64,000 nt of DNA from Bacteroidota bacterium (GTDB lineage Bacteria > Bacteroidota > Bacteroidia > NS11-12g > UBA955). Location: assembly GCA_030833525.1 (NCBI GenBank), contig JAURGZ010000005.1, forward strand, positions 253 through 64,252, written 5' to 3'. Position 1 is the stretch's first letter, and each line of letters opens with the position of its first letter. Both the position numbers and the translations under genes were made by a program. Shown here in pieces: positions 49,135 to 59,938 of this stretch. The notes beneath the pieces are model-generated. The model was not told the DNA's origin and made no database searches. It was given only the letters and a program-made list of their open reading frames with translations.

Positions 49135-50712
49135 ATGGATAACCCAAGCAAGAGCAAACGCAATTACACCCCTTCGATGAACAAAGCATTGGTGGGCGAC
49201 TTAGCGGGACGCACCGCTCCCCATTCAACAGAGCTTGAAGAGGCGGTATTGGGAGCCATTTTGTTGGAAAAAGAGGCCATGTCTAAGGTGGCCGATATTC
49301 TGACTCGCGACCACTTCTACCACGAAGCCAACGCCCTGATCTACAACAGCATCTTGCAGATTTACGCTGCAGGATCCTCAGCCATTGACCTGTTAACAGT
49401 TTCGAACCATCTGCGAAACGAAGGCAAATTGGAGTTGGCTGGAGGGAATTTGTACTTGGCCATGTTGACCAACAAAGTCTCTAGCGCGGCCAACATTGAA
49501 TTCCACGCGCGCATTTTGACCCAGAAATTCATTCAGCGCAGCCTGATTCGGGTTTCGGGCGAAATCGCCACCGAGGCTTACAACGACGCTGAAGATGCTT
49601 TCTTGCTGCTGAATCGCAGCGAAGAAAAACTCTTTGAAATAAAAAACTCAGGCCTCAAACGCTCGTTCCAAGAAATTGGAAGCTTGGTCAACCGCGCATT
49701 CAAATCTCTGGAGGAGCGATCCAAAAGTGACACAAACGGCATTACCGGCGTACCTTCTGGATTCTCTGATTTGGACCGCATGACCTCGGGCTGGCAGCCT
49801 TCTGACCTGATCATTTTGGCCGCTCGTCCCGCCATGGGTAAAACAGCCTTTGCCTTGAGCTTGCTGCGCAACGCCGCCGTAGAATTTGGCAAAAGTGTGG
49901 TCATCTTTTCTTTGGAGATGGCCGATGTGCAACTGGTCAATCGTTTGGTGAGTGGAGAAGCCGATATACCCGGTGAAAAAATCAAGAAAGCCAACCTGAC
50001 TGTAGAAGAGTGGAATCGCTTGCACCAAAAAACCAGTCGCCTGACCGAATCGAAAATATTCATTGACGATACTCCGCAGTTGAACATCCTGGAGATGATG
50101 GCCAAGTGCCGACGCATCCATGCTCAAAACGGATTGGACATGATTCTGGTGGACTATTTGCAGCTGTTGCGTCACGAAACCAACACAAAAAGCCAGTCCA
50201 ACCGGGAACAAGAAATCGCATTCATTTCCCGCTCGCTGAAAAGCTTAGCCAAAGAACTCAACGTACCGGTCATCGCCTTGGCCCAGCTGAGCCGCGAGGT
50301 TGAAAAGCGAAACAACAAGCACCCTCAACTCTCAGACTTGCGTGAATCGGGATCCATCGAACAAGACGCCGACATGGTGATGTTTTTGTACCGAGAGGAT
50401 TACTATTCCCGCATGGGCATGGAAAGCGAGTCTCAGCATGGCCACGACATTCAAGGCTTGACTGAGGTCATCATTGCCAAGCACCGAAGCGGTGGAGTAG
50501 GTACGGCCATGGTGAAGTTCCAGCACGAAGTCTCCAAGTTTGTCGATCTGGATGCCACTGAACGCGATTTGCTGCGCAACAAAGATGGGGGTGGGTTCTC
50601 TCAGCCCTACGTGACCACCGTACCCAGCAAAATGAACGACAGCGACCCTTTTAAGCCCGATTCAGGCGGATGGGGCGGCGGCTTCAGCCCCAACATTTCG
50701 ATTGACGAATAA
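49135..50712 (+). CDS. dnaB: Replicative DNA helicase DnaB (with ~55-aa Gly-rich C-terminal extension)
   Basis: N-terminal domain ELEEAVLGAILLEKEAM. Walker A ILAARPAMGKTAFALSL. Walker B ILVDYLQLL. No intein-like insertion. Confidence 0.9.
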   Translation: MDNPSKSKRNYTPSMNKALVGDLAGRTAPHSTELEEAVLGAILLEKEAMSKVADILTRDHFYHEANALIYNSILQIYAAGSSAIDLLTVSNHLRNEGKLELAGGNLYLAMLTNKVSSAANIEFHARILTQKFIQRSLIRVSGEIATEAYNDAEDAFLLLNRSEEKLFEIKNSGLKRSFQEIGSLVNRAFKSLEERSKSDTNGITGVPSGFSDLDRMTSGWQPSDLIILAARPAMGKTAFALSLLRNAAVEFGKSVVIFSLEMADVQLVNRLVSGEADIPGEKIKKANLTVEEWNRLHQKTSRLTESKIFIDDTPQLNILEMMAKCRRIHAQNGLDMILVDYLQLLRHETNTKSQSNREQEIAFISRSLKSLAKELNVPVIALAQLSREVEKRNNKHPQLSDLRESGSIEQDADMVMFLYREDYYSRMGMESESQHGHDIQGLTEVIIAKHRSGGVGTAMVKFQHEVSKFVDLDATERDLLRNKDGGGFSQPYVTTVPSKMNDSDPFKPDSGGWGGGFSPNISIDE

Positions 50713-50773
50713 GCCGCGCTTGGGCCTTGGAATGTGGGCTTCAAAACCCGACCAAATGAATTATCATTGCCTT

Positions 50774-51166
50774 ATGAAAAACACCCTATTGGCAACATTG
50801 GCCATCGCCTTGCTATTTGGCTGCAAAAAAGAGGCAGCCCCCCTCAGCATGGAAGGCAAATGGCTTTGGTCACCAACAGCCAATAAGTCAGGGGCCAATA
50901 CCATGTATGAATTTCGAGATGGCGTTCGCTACACCTACTACTGCGATGAACCCGGGGGTTGCGACGCAGCTTATTGGAACTCACTGACCCAAGCCGATGC
51001 TTTGCCCGCTACCGAAACCTATCAGTTCAAAAACGACACGCTGAGCATGAACTTGGGTTTTGGAAACTCCTTGATCACCCCGGTAACCTTCAGTTGCGAG
51101 GGTGCCAAAGCCACTTTTGAATCGAACGGAACGGTTTTGTACAACCTGAACCTGGATTGTCCTTGA
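50774..51166 (+). CDS. Hypothetical lipoprotein
   Basis: MKNTLLATLAIALLFGCKKE lipoprotein signal; the track ORF starts earlier at 50702 without a signal. Confidence 0.5.
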   Translation: MKNTLLATLAIALLFGCKKEAAPLSMEGKWLWSPTANKSGANTMYEFRDGVRYTYYCDEPGGCDAAYWNSLTQADALPATETYQFKNDTLSMNLGFGNSLITPVTFSCEGAKATFESNGTVLYNLNLDCP

Positions 51167-51191
51167 TGCGGGTTCGGCTTTGATCAAAAAA

Positions 51192-51215
51192 GGCGCCCCG
51201 TGGGGCGCCTTTTTT
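51192..51215. terminator. Bidirectional Rho-independent terminator between convergent lipoprotein gene and htrA
   Basis: aaaaaa-ggcgcccc-gtg-gggcgcc-tttttt; perfect hairpin flanked by an A-run and a T-run. Confidence 0.7.
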
Positions 51216-51232
51216 ATACGTTCATTTTGAAT

Positions 51233-52741
51233 TTATTGATCGCTGGTCTTGGGCAACTTTACGCCAAATACCATTTCTTCCCCGCCGCTGGTTAAGCCTT
51301 CCAACACAATCGCCCCTTGCAAGGATTTCAACTGCGACACCGCGCCAGCAGCTGAGTACACGGGTTGATTGTTGATGTGCGTAATGATAAAGCCTTGGGG
51401 AATGCCCGCATCTTTGAACACCCCTTTTCCAATTGATTCGACTTTCACACCGGCTTTGATATTCTTGGCCAGACGCTCTTCACGGGTGGTATTCATCAGT
51501 TCCATGCCATAGACCTCACTGCTGCTTTCGCGTTCGGCGACTTCAGGTTTGGATTTACCATCGGTGCTCAACAAGGTTACAGGAATGACCATTTCTTTGC
51601 CCTTGCGACGCAAGGTCACCTCTACTTGGTCACCCGGACGGAACTTACCAATGGTTTCCTGTAGCTTACTTGAAGAATTCACGGCCGTTGCATTGATTTT
51701 CAACAATACGTCACCTGCTTGAATACCGGCTTTTTCGGCAGCACCCTTCGACACCACTTCGGCTACATAGACCCCAGACAAATCTTTGAGATTCTTTTCA
51801 TCGGCCAAATTTTGGTTGATGTCTTGTATGGATACACCCAAAATGGCACGCTGAACTTTGCCGTATTGCGTGATGTCATTGAATACCTTTTCAACCAGAT
51901 TGACGGGAACGGCAAAAGCGTATCCGGCGTAGGAGCCGGTCTCAGACGCAATGGCCGTATTGATTCCCACGAGTTCACCTTGTGTATTCACCAAAGCCCC
52001 ACCACTGTTGCCCGGGTTGATAGCCGCGTCGGTCTGTATGAAGTTCTCAATCGCGTATTGATTGCCGTTGGAACGAATCAAATCGATGTTTCGACCCAGC
52101 GCCGATACAATGCCCACGGTCACGGTTGAGGTCAAATTGAAGGGGTTCCCTACGGCTACCACCCACTGGCCCACTTTCAATTGATCTGAATTTCCCAATT
52201 TGATGAAGGGCAGGTTGCTTTCAGCAATGCGCAAAACGGCCAAATCGGTATTGGGATCAGCGCCCACCAATTCAGCGATGTAAGACCGCTTGTCGTTGAG
52301 AATCACTTCGATTTTACTGGCATTTTCAATGACATGGTTATTGGTCACAATGTAACCGTCGTCGGTCACAATCACGCCTGATCCAGAGCCGCTGCGGGGA
52401 CCGGGCTGTTCAAATTGAAAACCGGGGCCGTTGAAAAATTCAAAGGGATCTATGGGCATCTGGGGGTTGCGTCGCTGCTGAGGTTGCGCATTCACCGTTG
52501 AAATGATGTGCACCACCGCCGGATTGGCCACTTCAGCCACCGCCGTAAAATCAAAAGCAGGTTCTGCTCCTAGGCTAGCATACCGGGCTGAAACCGATGC
52601 AGCCTGCTTTTCAGACAAGGTTTTTCCTTGGCTTCCACCACTCAACAACGAATAGCCGGCCAAGCTGATAGCCCCTCCAGCGCAACCTGCGAGGAGAAAA
52701 AGCCAAACACGTCGATTCATTAAGATTTCTTTCATATGCAT
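51233..52741 (-). CDS. htrA: Do-family serine endopeptidase (HtrA/DegP/DegQ; trypsin domain plus two PDZ)
   Basis: Catalytic triad context TNNHVI, DLAVLRI, GNSGGALVN. Two PDZ domains. Signal peptide. Confidence 0.85.
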   Translation of the reverse strand: MHMKEILMNRRVWLFLLAGCAGGAISLAGYSLLSGGSQGKTLSEKQAASVSARYASLGAEPAFDFTAVAEVANPAVVHIISTVNAQPQQRRNPQMPIDPFEFFNGPGFQFEQPGPRSGSGSGVIVTDDGYIVTNNHVIENASKIEVILNDKRSYIAELVGADPNTDLAVLRIAESNLPFIKLGNSDQLKVGQWVVAVGNPFNLTSTVTVGIVSALGRNIDLIRSNGNQYAIENFIQTDAAINPGNSGGALVNTQGELVGINTAIASETGSYAGYAFAVPVNLVEKVFNDITQYGKVQRAILGVSIQDINQNLADEKNLKDLSGVYVAEVVSKGAAEKAGIQAGDVLLKINATAVNSSSKLQETIGKFRPGDQVEVTLRRKGKEMVIPVTLLSTDGKSKPEVAERESSSEVYGMELMNTTREERLAKNIKAGVKVESIGKGVFKDAGIPQGFIITHINNQPVYSAAGAVSQLKSLQGAIVLEGLTSGGEEMVFGVKLPKTSDQ

Positions 52742-52859
52742 GCTGTATTCAAATTTTGTTCCAAGACTACGAAATAACGACTTTCCCGTCCTTTACTTTG
52801 TGTAAAGAATCGACCGAGCGTTTACCTTTTGGGACAATCGTCGATATACGCCTGTCAAT

Positions 52860-53426
52860 ATGACCGAAAACCCAGCACTGGACCAACAAATGGTGGCTCG
52901 CATTCAAATGGGAGACAAAGAGGCATTGGTGGAATTGTACCGCCAATACAACGCCATGGTATCGCAATTGGTGCTGGGAATGGGCGGAAGCGCTGACGAT
53001 GTAGACGATGTTTTTCAGGAGACCTTGGTGGCCTTGTGGGAAAACATGCGCAAGCAAGAATTCGTACTCAGTTCCAAATTGAGCACCTATCTATATAGCA
53101 TCGCCAAAAATCAGTGCATGCGATTGCTGGACAAACGCAAGCGCATACAAAACGAAGACCCCTTGTCGCACACCCGAAAAGCTGAGGTTGATTCTCCAGA
53201 CAAGCGCATGGATGAATCGCTCATTCGCAAAGCCTTGCAGCATCTGGGAGATTTGTGCCGCAGCATTTTGATCATGTACTATTACGATGGCTTTGACATG
53301 AAAAACATTGCCAAGGCCCATCACTTCACCAACGCCAACGTAGCCAAAAGCAAGAAATACCAGTGCCTGAAGCAATTGGAAGGCATGGTCAAGAAACAAT
53401 ACAACGCCACTGACTTTCTGCGATGA
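52860..53426 (+). CDS. ECF-subfamily RNA polymerase sigma-70 factor
   Basis: Region 2 DVDDVFQETLVALWENM. Region 4 ILIMYYYDGFDMKNIAKAHHFTNANVAKSKKYQCLKQL. Confidence 0.85.
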   Translation: MTENPALDQQMVARIQMGDKEALVELYRQYNAMVSQLVLGMGGSADDVDDVFQETLVALWENMRKQEFVLSSKLSTYLYSIAKNQCMRLLDKRKRIQNEDPLSHTRKAEVDSPDKRMDESLIRKALQHLGDLCRSILIMYYYDGFDMKNIAKAHHFTNANVAKSKKYQCLKQLEGMVKKQYNATDFLR

Positions 53427-54445
53427 TTAGCGACGCACAACACCGTCAACTCTACGATTACTTGGAAGGTAGCCTTTCCCAGGAGCAGAGTGCTGCTCTG
53501 GAGAGCGAGTTGGCCCAATCGCCCGAATTGCAAGAAGAACTGGCCTTGAAAAGAGCCATTCTCGCAGCCATTCAAGAAGAGGGTCGCGAAGAATTAAGGG
53601 GATTCTTGAAGGAGCGATTGTTTGAAGAATCAACCGACAAGCAGACAGGGCTGTGGTTGGTAGCTGCCGCTACCGTGGCCACGCTCATTGTTTCTACCCT
53701 CATTATTTCTGGCCAATTTGGCGCGGGGCAATTCTTGAAAAACCAAAGCATGGTCGAGGCCGAACAGATGGAAGCCGATGGCGAATTACCGCCCTCACGC
53801 ATCAAAGCTTATAAGCGCAAAAACGAGCCTTCAGCCCTGTCTGAATTGGACAGCCTAAACTATCTACCCGGCGAGGCCATGGCCATTAACGAGGATTCAG
53901 AAATGGCAGCCGATCTAGCACAAAGCGACGATATTACTTTCAATTTCGGAGATGCCGCGCCCCCCCTGTCTGAAGCGCCTAGGCCCATGAGTTTGGGAAG
54001 CACGCGCATCAAGATCATCGATTTGGGTTATGCGGTAGCGGCCAATTCCGCCCCCGCGGCTGTTCGCCCCTCGGTTAGCCGGCAGCGCGTAGACGCAGCG
54101 ACCGCAGGCCGCATAGCCGAAGCTGAATCGAGCTTAGATTCCAAGGACACGCTCCCATCAAAGCCCAAGCCCAAAGCCGCTGTGTATGCCCGTGTGGAGT
54201 GGTTCAGCCAATCAAGCGATGATCCCGCGGCACCTATGGCTAAGCGATTGACAGCAGCCAATGAACGGGTTTACCAAATCTTCAACCTCTCAGCTGAGAA
54301 CTACCTGATCTTGCATTTGAATGGGCTGTATTACCTGTCGTTAGACAACCGTTACTATTCTTTACCCCTCAAGGAAAACACCTTGCAACCCTTGGTTGTC
54401 ATCAGCGACCCCGCTCTGGTGTCGCTTCTTGAACAAAGCGAATAA
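53423..54445 (+). CDS. Putative anti-sigma factor (single TM, long low-complexity periplasmic region)
   Basis: ATGA-coupled to the sigma gene. N-terminal cytoplasmic helix-rich segment. TM LWLVAAATVATLIVSTLIISG. Confidence 0.6.
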   Translation: MISDAQHRQLYDYLEGSLSQEQSAALESELAQSPELQEELALKRAILAAIQEEGREELRGFLKERLFEESTDKQTGLWLVAAATVATLIVSTLIISGQFGAGQFLKNQSMVEAEQMEADGELPPSRIKAYKRKNEPSALSELDSLNYLPGEAMAINEDSEMAADLAQSDDITFNFGDAAPPLSEAPRPMSLGSTRIKIIDLGYAVAANSAPAAVRPSVSRQRVDAATAGRIAEAESSLDSKDTLPSKPKPKAAVYARVEWFSQSSDDPAAPMAKRLTAANERVYQIFNLSAENYLILHLNGLYYLSLDNRYYSLPLKENTLQPLVVISDPALVSLLEQSE

Positions 54446-54462
54446 GCCCCTACCTTTGCCTT

Positions 54463-55275
54463 GTGCAACGCCTTTCATTTGTCAAATACCAAGGCACGGG
54501 CAATGATTTCATTCTTGTCGATGGCCGCCAAGGATTGGACGCCCATTGGTACCATGAATCTGTCGTTGCTCAGTTGTGCCACCGTCGTTTTGGCATTGGT
54601 GCCGATGGATACATGGTATTGGAGGCCAGTTCTGAGGCTGACTTCCACATGAACTATTACAACAGCGATGGTCGTCCCAGCAGCATGTGTGGAAATGGGG
54701 GTCGCTGCATCGCCCATTGGGCCCATAGCTTGGGTTTGGGTCTAAACGGATACCTGCGTTTCACAGCTCCTGACGGATTGCACGAAGCTTGGGTCTCTGA
54801 GCAGGGTCAAGTGCGATTGGCGATGAATGACGTGGCTTTGAGTGACACCTCAGCACCCACTCACGAGGTCGCCATTTTGGATACGGGATCTCCGCATTAC
54901 GTTGCGTTCTTTGAGCAGCTTAGCCCAGATTGGGACTTGTTGAGTTTCGCCAAGGGCATTCGATACAGCGATCGTTTCGCTACACAAGGCATCAACGTCA
55001 ATGCCGTTTGGCCCTTGGACAACGGGGCCCTTCAAGTGCGGACCTATGAGCGCGGCGTAGAAGACGAAACCTACAGCTGCGGCACGGGTGTAACGGCCTG
55101 TGCCCTGGCCCATGCCTTGCGCGAAAAAAAACCGCAGGGCCATTATTCCCAAGCCTTGAAAACCCCTGGAGGTGACTTACAGGTACATTTCACCTGGGAC
55201 GGAACGCGTTTTCACTCCATCATACTCGAAGGTCCCGCCGCTCATGTCTTTAGCGGCTCCTGGGAACAAGCATAA
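54463..55275 (+). CDS. dapF: Diaminopimelate epimerase
   Basis: FVKYQGTGNDFILVD, MCGNGGRC and CGTGVTACALA catalytic Cys motifs. Confidence 0.85.
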   Translation: MQRLSFVKYQGTGNDFILVDGRQGLDAHWYHESVVAQLCHRRFGIGADGYMVLEASSEADFHMNYYNSDGRPSSMCGNGGRCIAHWAHSLGLGLNGYLRFTAPDGLHEAWVSEQGQVRLAMNDVALSDTSAPTHEVAILDTGSPHYVAFFEQLSPDWDLLSFAKGIRYSDRFATQGINVNAVWPLDNGALQVRTYERGVEDETYSCGTGVTACALAHALREKKPQGHYSQALKTPGGDLQVHFTWDGTRFHSIILEGPAAHVFSGSWEQA

Positions 55276-55299
55276 AAAAAGGGCGGCCTGCGGCCGCCC
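55274..55299 (-). terminator. Rho-independent terminator for the BNR-repeat gene (weakly bidirectional)
   Basis: aaaaaaa-gggcggcc-tgc-ggccgccc. On the minus strand the hairpin is followed by ttttttt. Confidence 0.6.
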
Positions 55300-55322
55300 T
55301 CCCTCATCTCTTACTTTATGGT

Positions 55323-57941
55323 TTAAGGCACCATCAACTTGCTCACGCCGCTTTGGCCCGCTCCACTGAAGCGAACAAAGTAGGTTCCACGAGTCAAACC
55401 GCTGATGTCCAAGGAAAGGGTATTGGTACCCTTCACCATGTTGTGGTTGAATTGGCGTACCACCTGACCCTGAATGTTCAAAACCTGAACCTTGGCTTGG
55501 CCTGAGGCGGCAGAATTGAACGACAATGATGTGCGGTCCTGTGCGGGGTTAGGGAACAAGTTGCTCTTCACATCAGAAGCCTGAGGACCTTTTGCACTGG
55601 TCAATAAGGCCGTTGACTTGAAGTAACCACGACCGTGGGTACCCAAGTACATCACCATTCCCTCCCAAGGGCGCCATTCGTAAGCACGAATTTCGAAAAC
55701 AGGCACACGGGCCATTCCTTCGTTGGCTTCTACCCAATTGGTACCGCCATTTTCAGTCACAAATACACCGAAGTCAGTAGCCAACACAATGCGGTTGGGA
55801 TCGTCTACGTCAACTACAGCATCGTATACAGGCATAGAAGGCAAATCGCCTGAAATGTTCGTAAAGGTTGGATTCGCACTCAAAGCATCGTTAGACTCGT
55901 ATACGAATGTGGTGTTGCCGTAACCGCCGAGGGTAACAATCAAATGCTCAGGGTTGTTGGGATCAACATTCACCGAAGTCACGGTACGGCCCGTCAAAAA
56001 TGAAGGGGTGATGTTGTTCAGGGTGATTCCAACGGGAATGTCTTTGGCACCGGGGTTATCAGCAATGGTGTAGCTGGCAGAGTTCAAGCCGTCCAAACGG
56101 AAAATTCGGCCCTGCTTGCAGATGAACAGATGGTCACCGTCGGGCGTATAATCCATTTCGATGATGCGGTTGTTGCCCAAGCCACCGGCCACCATGAACC
56201 AGCTTACGTTGTTCGAGAAATCGGTGGGGTTAACGGCCACCCATACCTCAGCGTCTTTCGCCAAGAACAAACGAGACTCTTTGGCATCTTTCTCCCACAA
56301 GCAATAGGTGGTATTGAAGTCGGTTTGGATTTTGCCGTCTTGACGATCATCGAAGAAGGTAGAGCTCGACTGACCGCTGTTGCTGGAGCGAGCTACAGTA
56401 CCGTAATAGGTGGACATGAAAACCGTAGCAGGGTGGTATTTTGAGAATTCCACGTCGAAACCGTCACCGCCAAAAATGGAGATACCGGTTTGAGATGGCT
56501 TACCGCCAAAGGAATTCCCTGAGAAATTCAACAGGTAAGTTCCGTTGTCTTGAGAACCGCCCACTACATGACCCAATTCATTGGCCGCTACGTTGTAAAG
56601 CTGCAAAGAAGTGAACCCGCGGTTGATGCTGGTCCAGGTTTTCATGTTTTGAGAAGAATACAAACCGCCGTCACAACCCACAATGCAGGTAGCAGGATTC
56701 GTGCGGGTATTCCATTCGATGACGTGCTTGTCGGCGTGCACATAACCATTGTTCCAAGGAGCGCCAAAGGTGCTAGCGGTTTCGCGGAAACCGTTTACCT
56801 TGTCCCAAGTAGCCAACACGACGCCACCCATGACCACAAAATCTTTGTCGTTGGGGTGAACGCTGATTACGTTGTCATACCAACCTTGACGGTTGCTACC
56901 GAAAATATCGGTTACCGAGCTGTAAGAAACGATTTCTTCCCAAGTGGTGCCGCCATCAGTGGTGCGCCACACGCCCATGAAACGACCGTAGTTGGAACCT
57001 GAACCGGCGCCGCAGATGTAAACATAGTTGGGGTCTTCAGGAGAAATCGCGATGGCCGTACGACCGCCCATGTTCGCGCCCAAGTTGGCTACTTTCAAGC
57101 CACCAGCACCGTCAGTTTTATAAACCGTACCAGCACCGTTCGATGCCCAAACCACTCCATTTTTGTCGATTTTCACTTCCTTGATGGCACCGCCAGTCAA
57201 ACGATTCAAATTGGCGCCTCCATTGGTGAATTCAAACAAACCCTGTTCGGTGGCTACATAGAATTTATCTTCACTGGGGTGAGCCACCATGCTGTTGCAC
57301 TGTTGGAAACGGCTGTCGCGGGCATTGTTCATCAAGGTAAAAGACGTGCCGCTGGCATCGCTGCTCTTGAAAAGGCCACCGCCCAAGAAAGCGGGTGAAC
57401 CGTTGCGTGTTCCTGACAAATTCACAAACCCACCTTCACCGGTTCCGTAATAAACCGTTCCATTAGGGGTCTGAGCCAAACAGGTCACGTTCAAGTTTTC
57501 TTGTTGGTCGTTGACGGGCTTCCAGCTCTGGCCATAGGTGTTCGAGCGAAACAGGCCGCCACTAACCGCACCCACAAACCATAAGTTGGCTGAATCTCGG
57601 TGCATCAAGAAAGCACGGGTACGACCACCCACGTTGTCTGGGCCCATTCCTTCCCAAGTGATTTTTTTGTTCAAACGACGAGTGACGGACAAGCGATCGG
57701 CTTGTGCCATGGCTTGCTCGACCCACTCTGGCTCAATGGTGCCAGTTTGTTCGTTTAAGCGCATGCTGTACATGGAGCGAATGGCTCCTTCGATTTGCTC
57801 ACCTTCTTCCTCTGAATGGGATTCTTCGATGGTCATTTCGGGAGCGAAAGCTTCGGTCTGCTGTGCCCAGTACGTCACGCCTCCACTCATCAAGAGTGCG
57901 GCGGCTAAGGGCAATGCTTGGGTATACTTCATAATCGTCAA
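55323..57941 (-). CDS. Secreted BNR/Asp-box repeat protein (sortilin/xyloglucanase-like) with T9SS C-terminal sorting domain
   Basis: Signal peptide MKYTQALPLAAALLMSGG. Repeated S/T-x-D/N-G-G-x-T/S-W boxes (RTTDGGTTW, VTENGGTNW, SNTYGQSW). C-terminal CTD LFPNPAQDRTSLSF...GTYFVRFSGAGQSGVSKLMVP. Confidence 0.7.
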   Translation of the reverse strand: MTIMKYTQALPLAAALLMSGGVTYWAQQTEAFAPEMTIEESHSEEEGEQIEGAIRSMYSMRLNEQTGTIEPEWVEQAMAQADRLSVTRRLNKKITWEGMGPDNVGGRTRAFLMHRDSANLWFVGAVSGGLFRSNTYGQSWKPVNDQQENLNVTCLAQTPNGTVYYGTGEGGFVNLSGTRNGSPAFLGGGLFKSSDASGTSFTLMNNARDSRFQQCNSMVAHPSEDKFYVATEQGLFEFTNGGANLNRLTGGAIKEVKIDKNGVVWASNGAGTVYKTDGAGGLKVANLGANMGGRTAIAISPEDPNYVYICGAGSGSNYGRFMGVWRTTDGGTTWEEIVSYSSVTDIFGSNRQGWYDNVISVHPNDKDFVVMGGVVLATWDKVNGFRETASTFGAPWNNGYVHADKHVIEWNTRTNPATCIVGCDGGLYSSQNMKTWTSINRGFTSLQLYNVAANELGHVVGGSQDNGTYLLNFSGNSFGGKPSQTGISIFGGDGFDVEFSKYHPATVFMSTYYGTVARSSNSGQSSSTFFDDRQDGKIQTDFNTTYCLWEKDAKESRLFLAKDAEVWVAVNPTDFSNNVSWFMVAGGLGNNRIIEMDYTPDGDHLFICKQGRIFRLDGLNSASYTIADNPGAKDIPVGITLNNITPSFLTGRTVTSVNVDPNNPEHLIVTLGGYGNTTFVYESNDALSANPTFTNISGDLPSMPVYDAVVDVDDPNRIVLATDFGVFVTENGGTNWVEANEGMARVPVFEIRAYEWRPWEGMVMYLGTHGRGYFKSTALLTSAKGPQASDVKSNLFPNPAQDRTSLSFNSAASGQAKVQVLNIQGQVVRQFNHNMVKGTNTLSLDISGLTRGTYFVRFSGAGQSGVSKLMVP

Positions 57942-58123
57942 AATCCTTTAAACGGGTTTGATTACAAAGTAATGCGCAAGGCGCCTCTTTTCCAAGGAAA
58001 TGACGGCCTGTTTGGCCTTTTCGCGACGAAATTTTGACAGAGAAATCGGCCGTTTTTGCCAATTTCAAAAACGGGTGAGGTCGCAAATCGACAACTCGCC
58101 GCTAAAAGTGAAGCGAGATTGCC

Positions 58124-58999
58124 TTATAAAACGTGCTTTTCAGCGTGGTAAGAACTGCGAACCATGGGGCCGCTTTCGACAAATAAAAAGCCCATTTCCA
58201 AGCCTTTTTCTTCGTACAATTTGAATTGATCAGGATGAATATAATCGGCTACGGGCAGGTGCATCTTGGTGGGTTGCAAATATTGACCCAGCGTCAATAC
58301 GTCGCAGCCGTGCGCATGCAAATCATTCATCAATTGAAACACCTCTTCGGGCGTTTCACCGCAGCCCAACATGGCGCCACTTTTGGTGCGCGCCCCGTAG
58401 GCTTTGGTTCGCTGAATTTGCTCCAAGGAACGGGCATATTTGGCCTGAGGACGCACCAAGCGATACAAACGCTCTACGGTTTCCATGTTGTGAGAAACCA
58501 CATCGGGCTTGGCATCCAACACTTGGTAGAGCAGATCCCACTGAGCCTTGAAATCAGGAATCAGGGTCTCGATGGTGGTGCCGGGATTTTGCTTTTTTAC
58601 CTCGCGAATGGTCTCTGCCCATACGGTAGCGCCCTTGTCTTTGAGCTCATCGCGGTTCACCGAGGTGATGACACAGTGCTTGACACCCATCAGGCGAACG
58701 GCTTCGGCCACGCGGTAGGGCTCATCCAAATCATAGGTCCCGGGACGACCCGTGGCGACAGCACAAAAGGAACAACTGCGCGTACATACGTTGCCCAAGA
58801 TCATAAAGGTCGCCGTGCCTTCACCCCAACACTCCCCCATGTTGGGGCAGCGGCCGTCTTCGCAGATGGTGTGCAACTTATGTTCCTTGACAATCTTCTT
58901 AACCCGGGTGTAGTTCTCGCCGGTAGGCAAGTCGATTTTCAACCAAGAAGGCTTAGAGGGCCTGCGGGATTCTTTGCTTACTACGGGTAATTCTATCAC
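58124..58999 (-). CDS. lipA: Lipoyl synthase
   Basis: [13 protein letters not shown] and radical-SAM [10 protein letters not shown] cysteine clusters. Confidence 0.9.
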   Translation of the reverse strand: MIELPVVSKESRRPSKPSWLKIDLPTGENYTRVKKIVKEHKLHTICEDGRCPNMGECWGEGTATFMILGNVCTRSCSFCAVATGRPGTYDLDEPYRVAEAVRLMGVKHCVITSVNRDELKDKGATVWAETIREVKKQNPGTTIETLIPDFKAQWDLLYQVLDAKPDVVSHNMETVERLYRLVRPQAKYARSLEQIQRTKAYGARTKSGAMLGCGETPEEVFQLMNDLHAHGCDVLTLGQYLQPTKMHLPVADYIHPDQFKLYEEKGLEMGFLFVESGPMVRSSYHAEKHVL

Positions 59000-59016
59000 G
59001 GCGGGGTTGCTGGAGA

Positions 59017-59727
59017 TTAGACATCCAATGCGAAGGCAAAATTAACAAATATGGCTGGGAAGATGGCCCGGTTGTGTGTAGGGTTTTGCATCAAAGGCAT
59101 TCGGCGCGTCAAGGCGTCGATCGAAGCACCGATCGAAATACTGTTCGATGTGTTTCGGTAATTGCCCCATTCGGCGCGCAGCGCCAAAGAACCGCCCAAC
59201 CCAGGAATCCATGCCCCCTGAGACAAACCGACACGCGGAGAGGCCATGCCTCCAATCATATAAGAATCGTCGATTTCAGGCTCATAAGGCTTGAGTTCAT
59301 AGACATCAAAAAGCGGTGCCGGCCTATACATATATACATATACCGGCCATGCATAAGCCAAAGTCGCATGAGCGTCGGCGACAAAGGCAATTCCCAAATC
59401 GCTTCGGCTACGCCTCTCCCCCCATTCAAAATGGCGAACCACGCCCGGCTTCAACCACATGCCGTGATTGACTTTGCCCAGTCGAAAGGGCTTTGAACCG
59501 GGCAATCGCTCGTTGACCAACAGCACTTCGCGGGGATTTCGAACCAAGCCACCCGAAAACTGCCATCCTGTGGTTCGAGCAGCAGGCTGATAGCTCAGAC
59601 CCAAATCCCACCCGTACTGACGCAGAGAAAAAGAGACCCCTCCTTGGCTCGGCTCTTGAACTTGAGCCCTAGCCGACTGAATGGCCAGCCAGCCGCACAA
59701 GAAGTGGAAAACCAACAAACGGGCCAT
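59017..59727 (-). CDS. Hypothetical outer-membrane beta-barrel-like protein
   Basis: Signal peptide [22 protein letters not shown]. Gly/aromatic-rich. Terminal ...FAFALDV. Confidence 0.5.
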   Translation of the reverse strand: MARLLVFHFLCGWLAIQSARAQVQEPSQGGVSFSLRQYGWDLGLSYQPAARTTGWQFSGGLVRNPREVLLVNERLPGSKPFRLGKVNHGMWLKPGVVRHFEWGERRSRSDLGIAFVADAHATLAYAWPVYVYMYRPAPLFDVYELKPYEPEIDDSYMIGGMASPRVGLSQGAWIPGLGGSLALRAEWGNYRNTSNSISIGASIDALTRRMPLMQNPTHNRAIFPAIFVNFAFALDV

Positions 59728-59938
59728 TGCCCAAAGATAGCCTTGAGTCAAACGCACACAAAACGCCAAATTTGAATTGATTTATTCCACTTTCTCCCAC
59801 CAGACTAAAAACACTTGATTTATAAAGGTTTTATGCTAGTTTTGCCTTCCTGCTTTGGCGCCAAAAAGCCCAGCAAAAACCCAACATACTTCGATACACC
59901 GGCCGCTGTGGAAAATTGGTGGTTAAAAAGGGGAAAAT

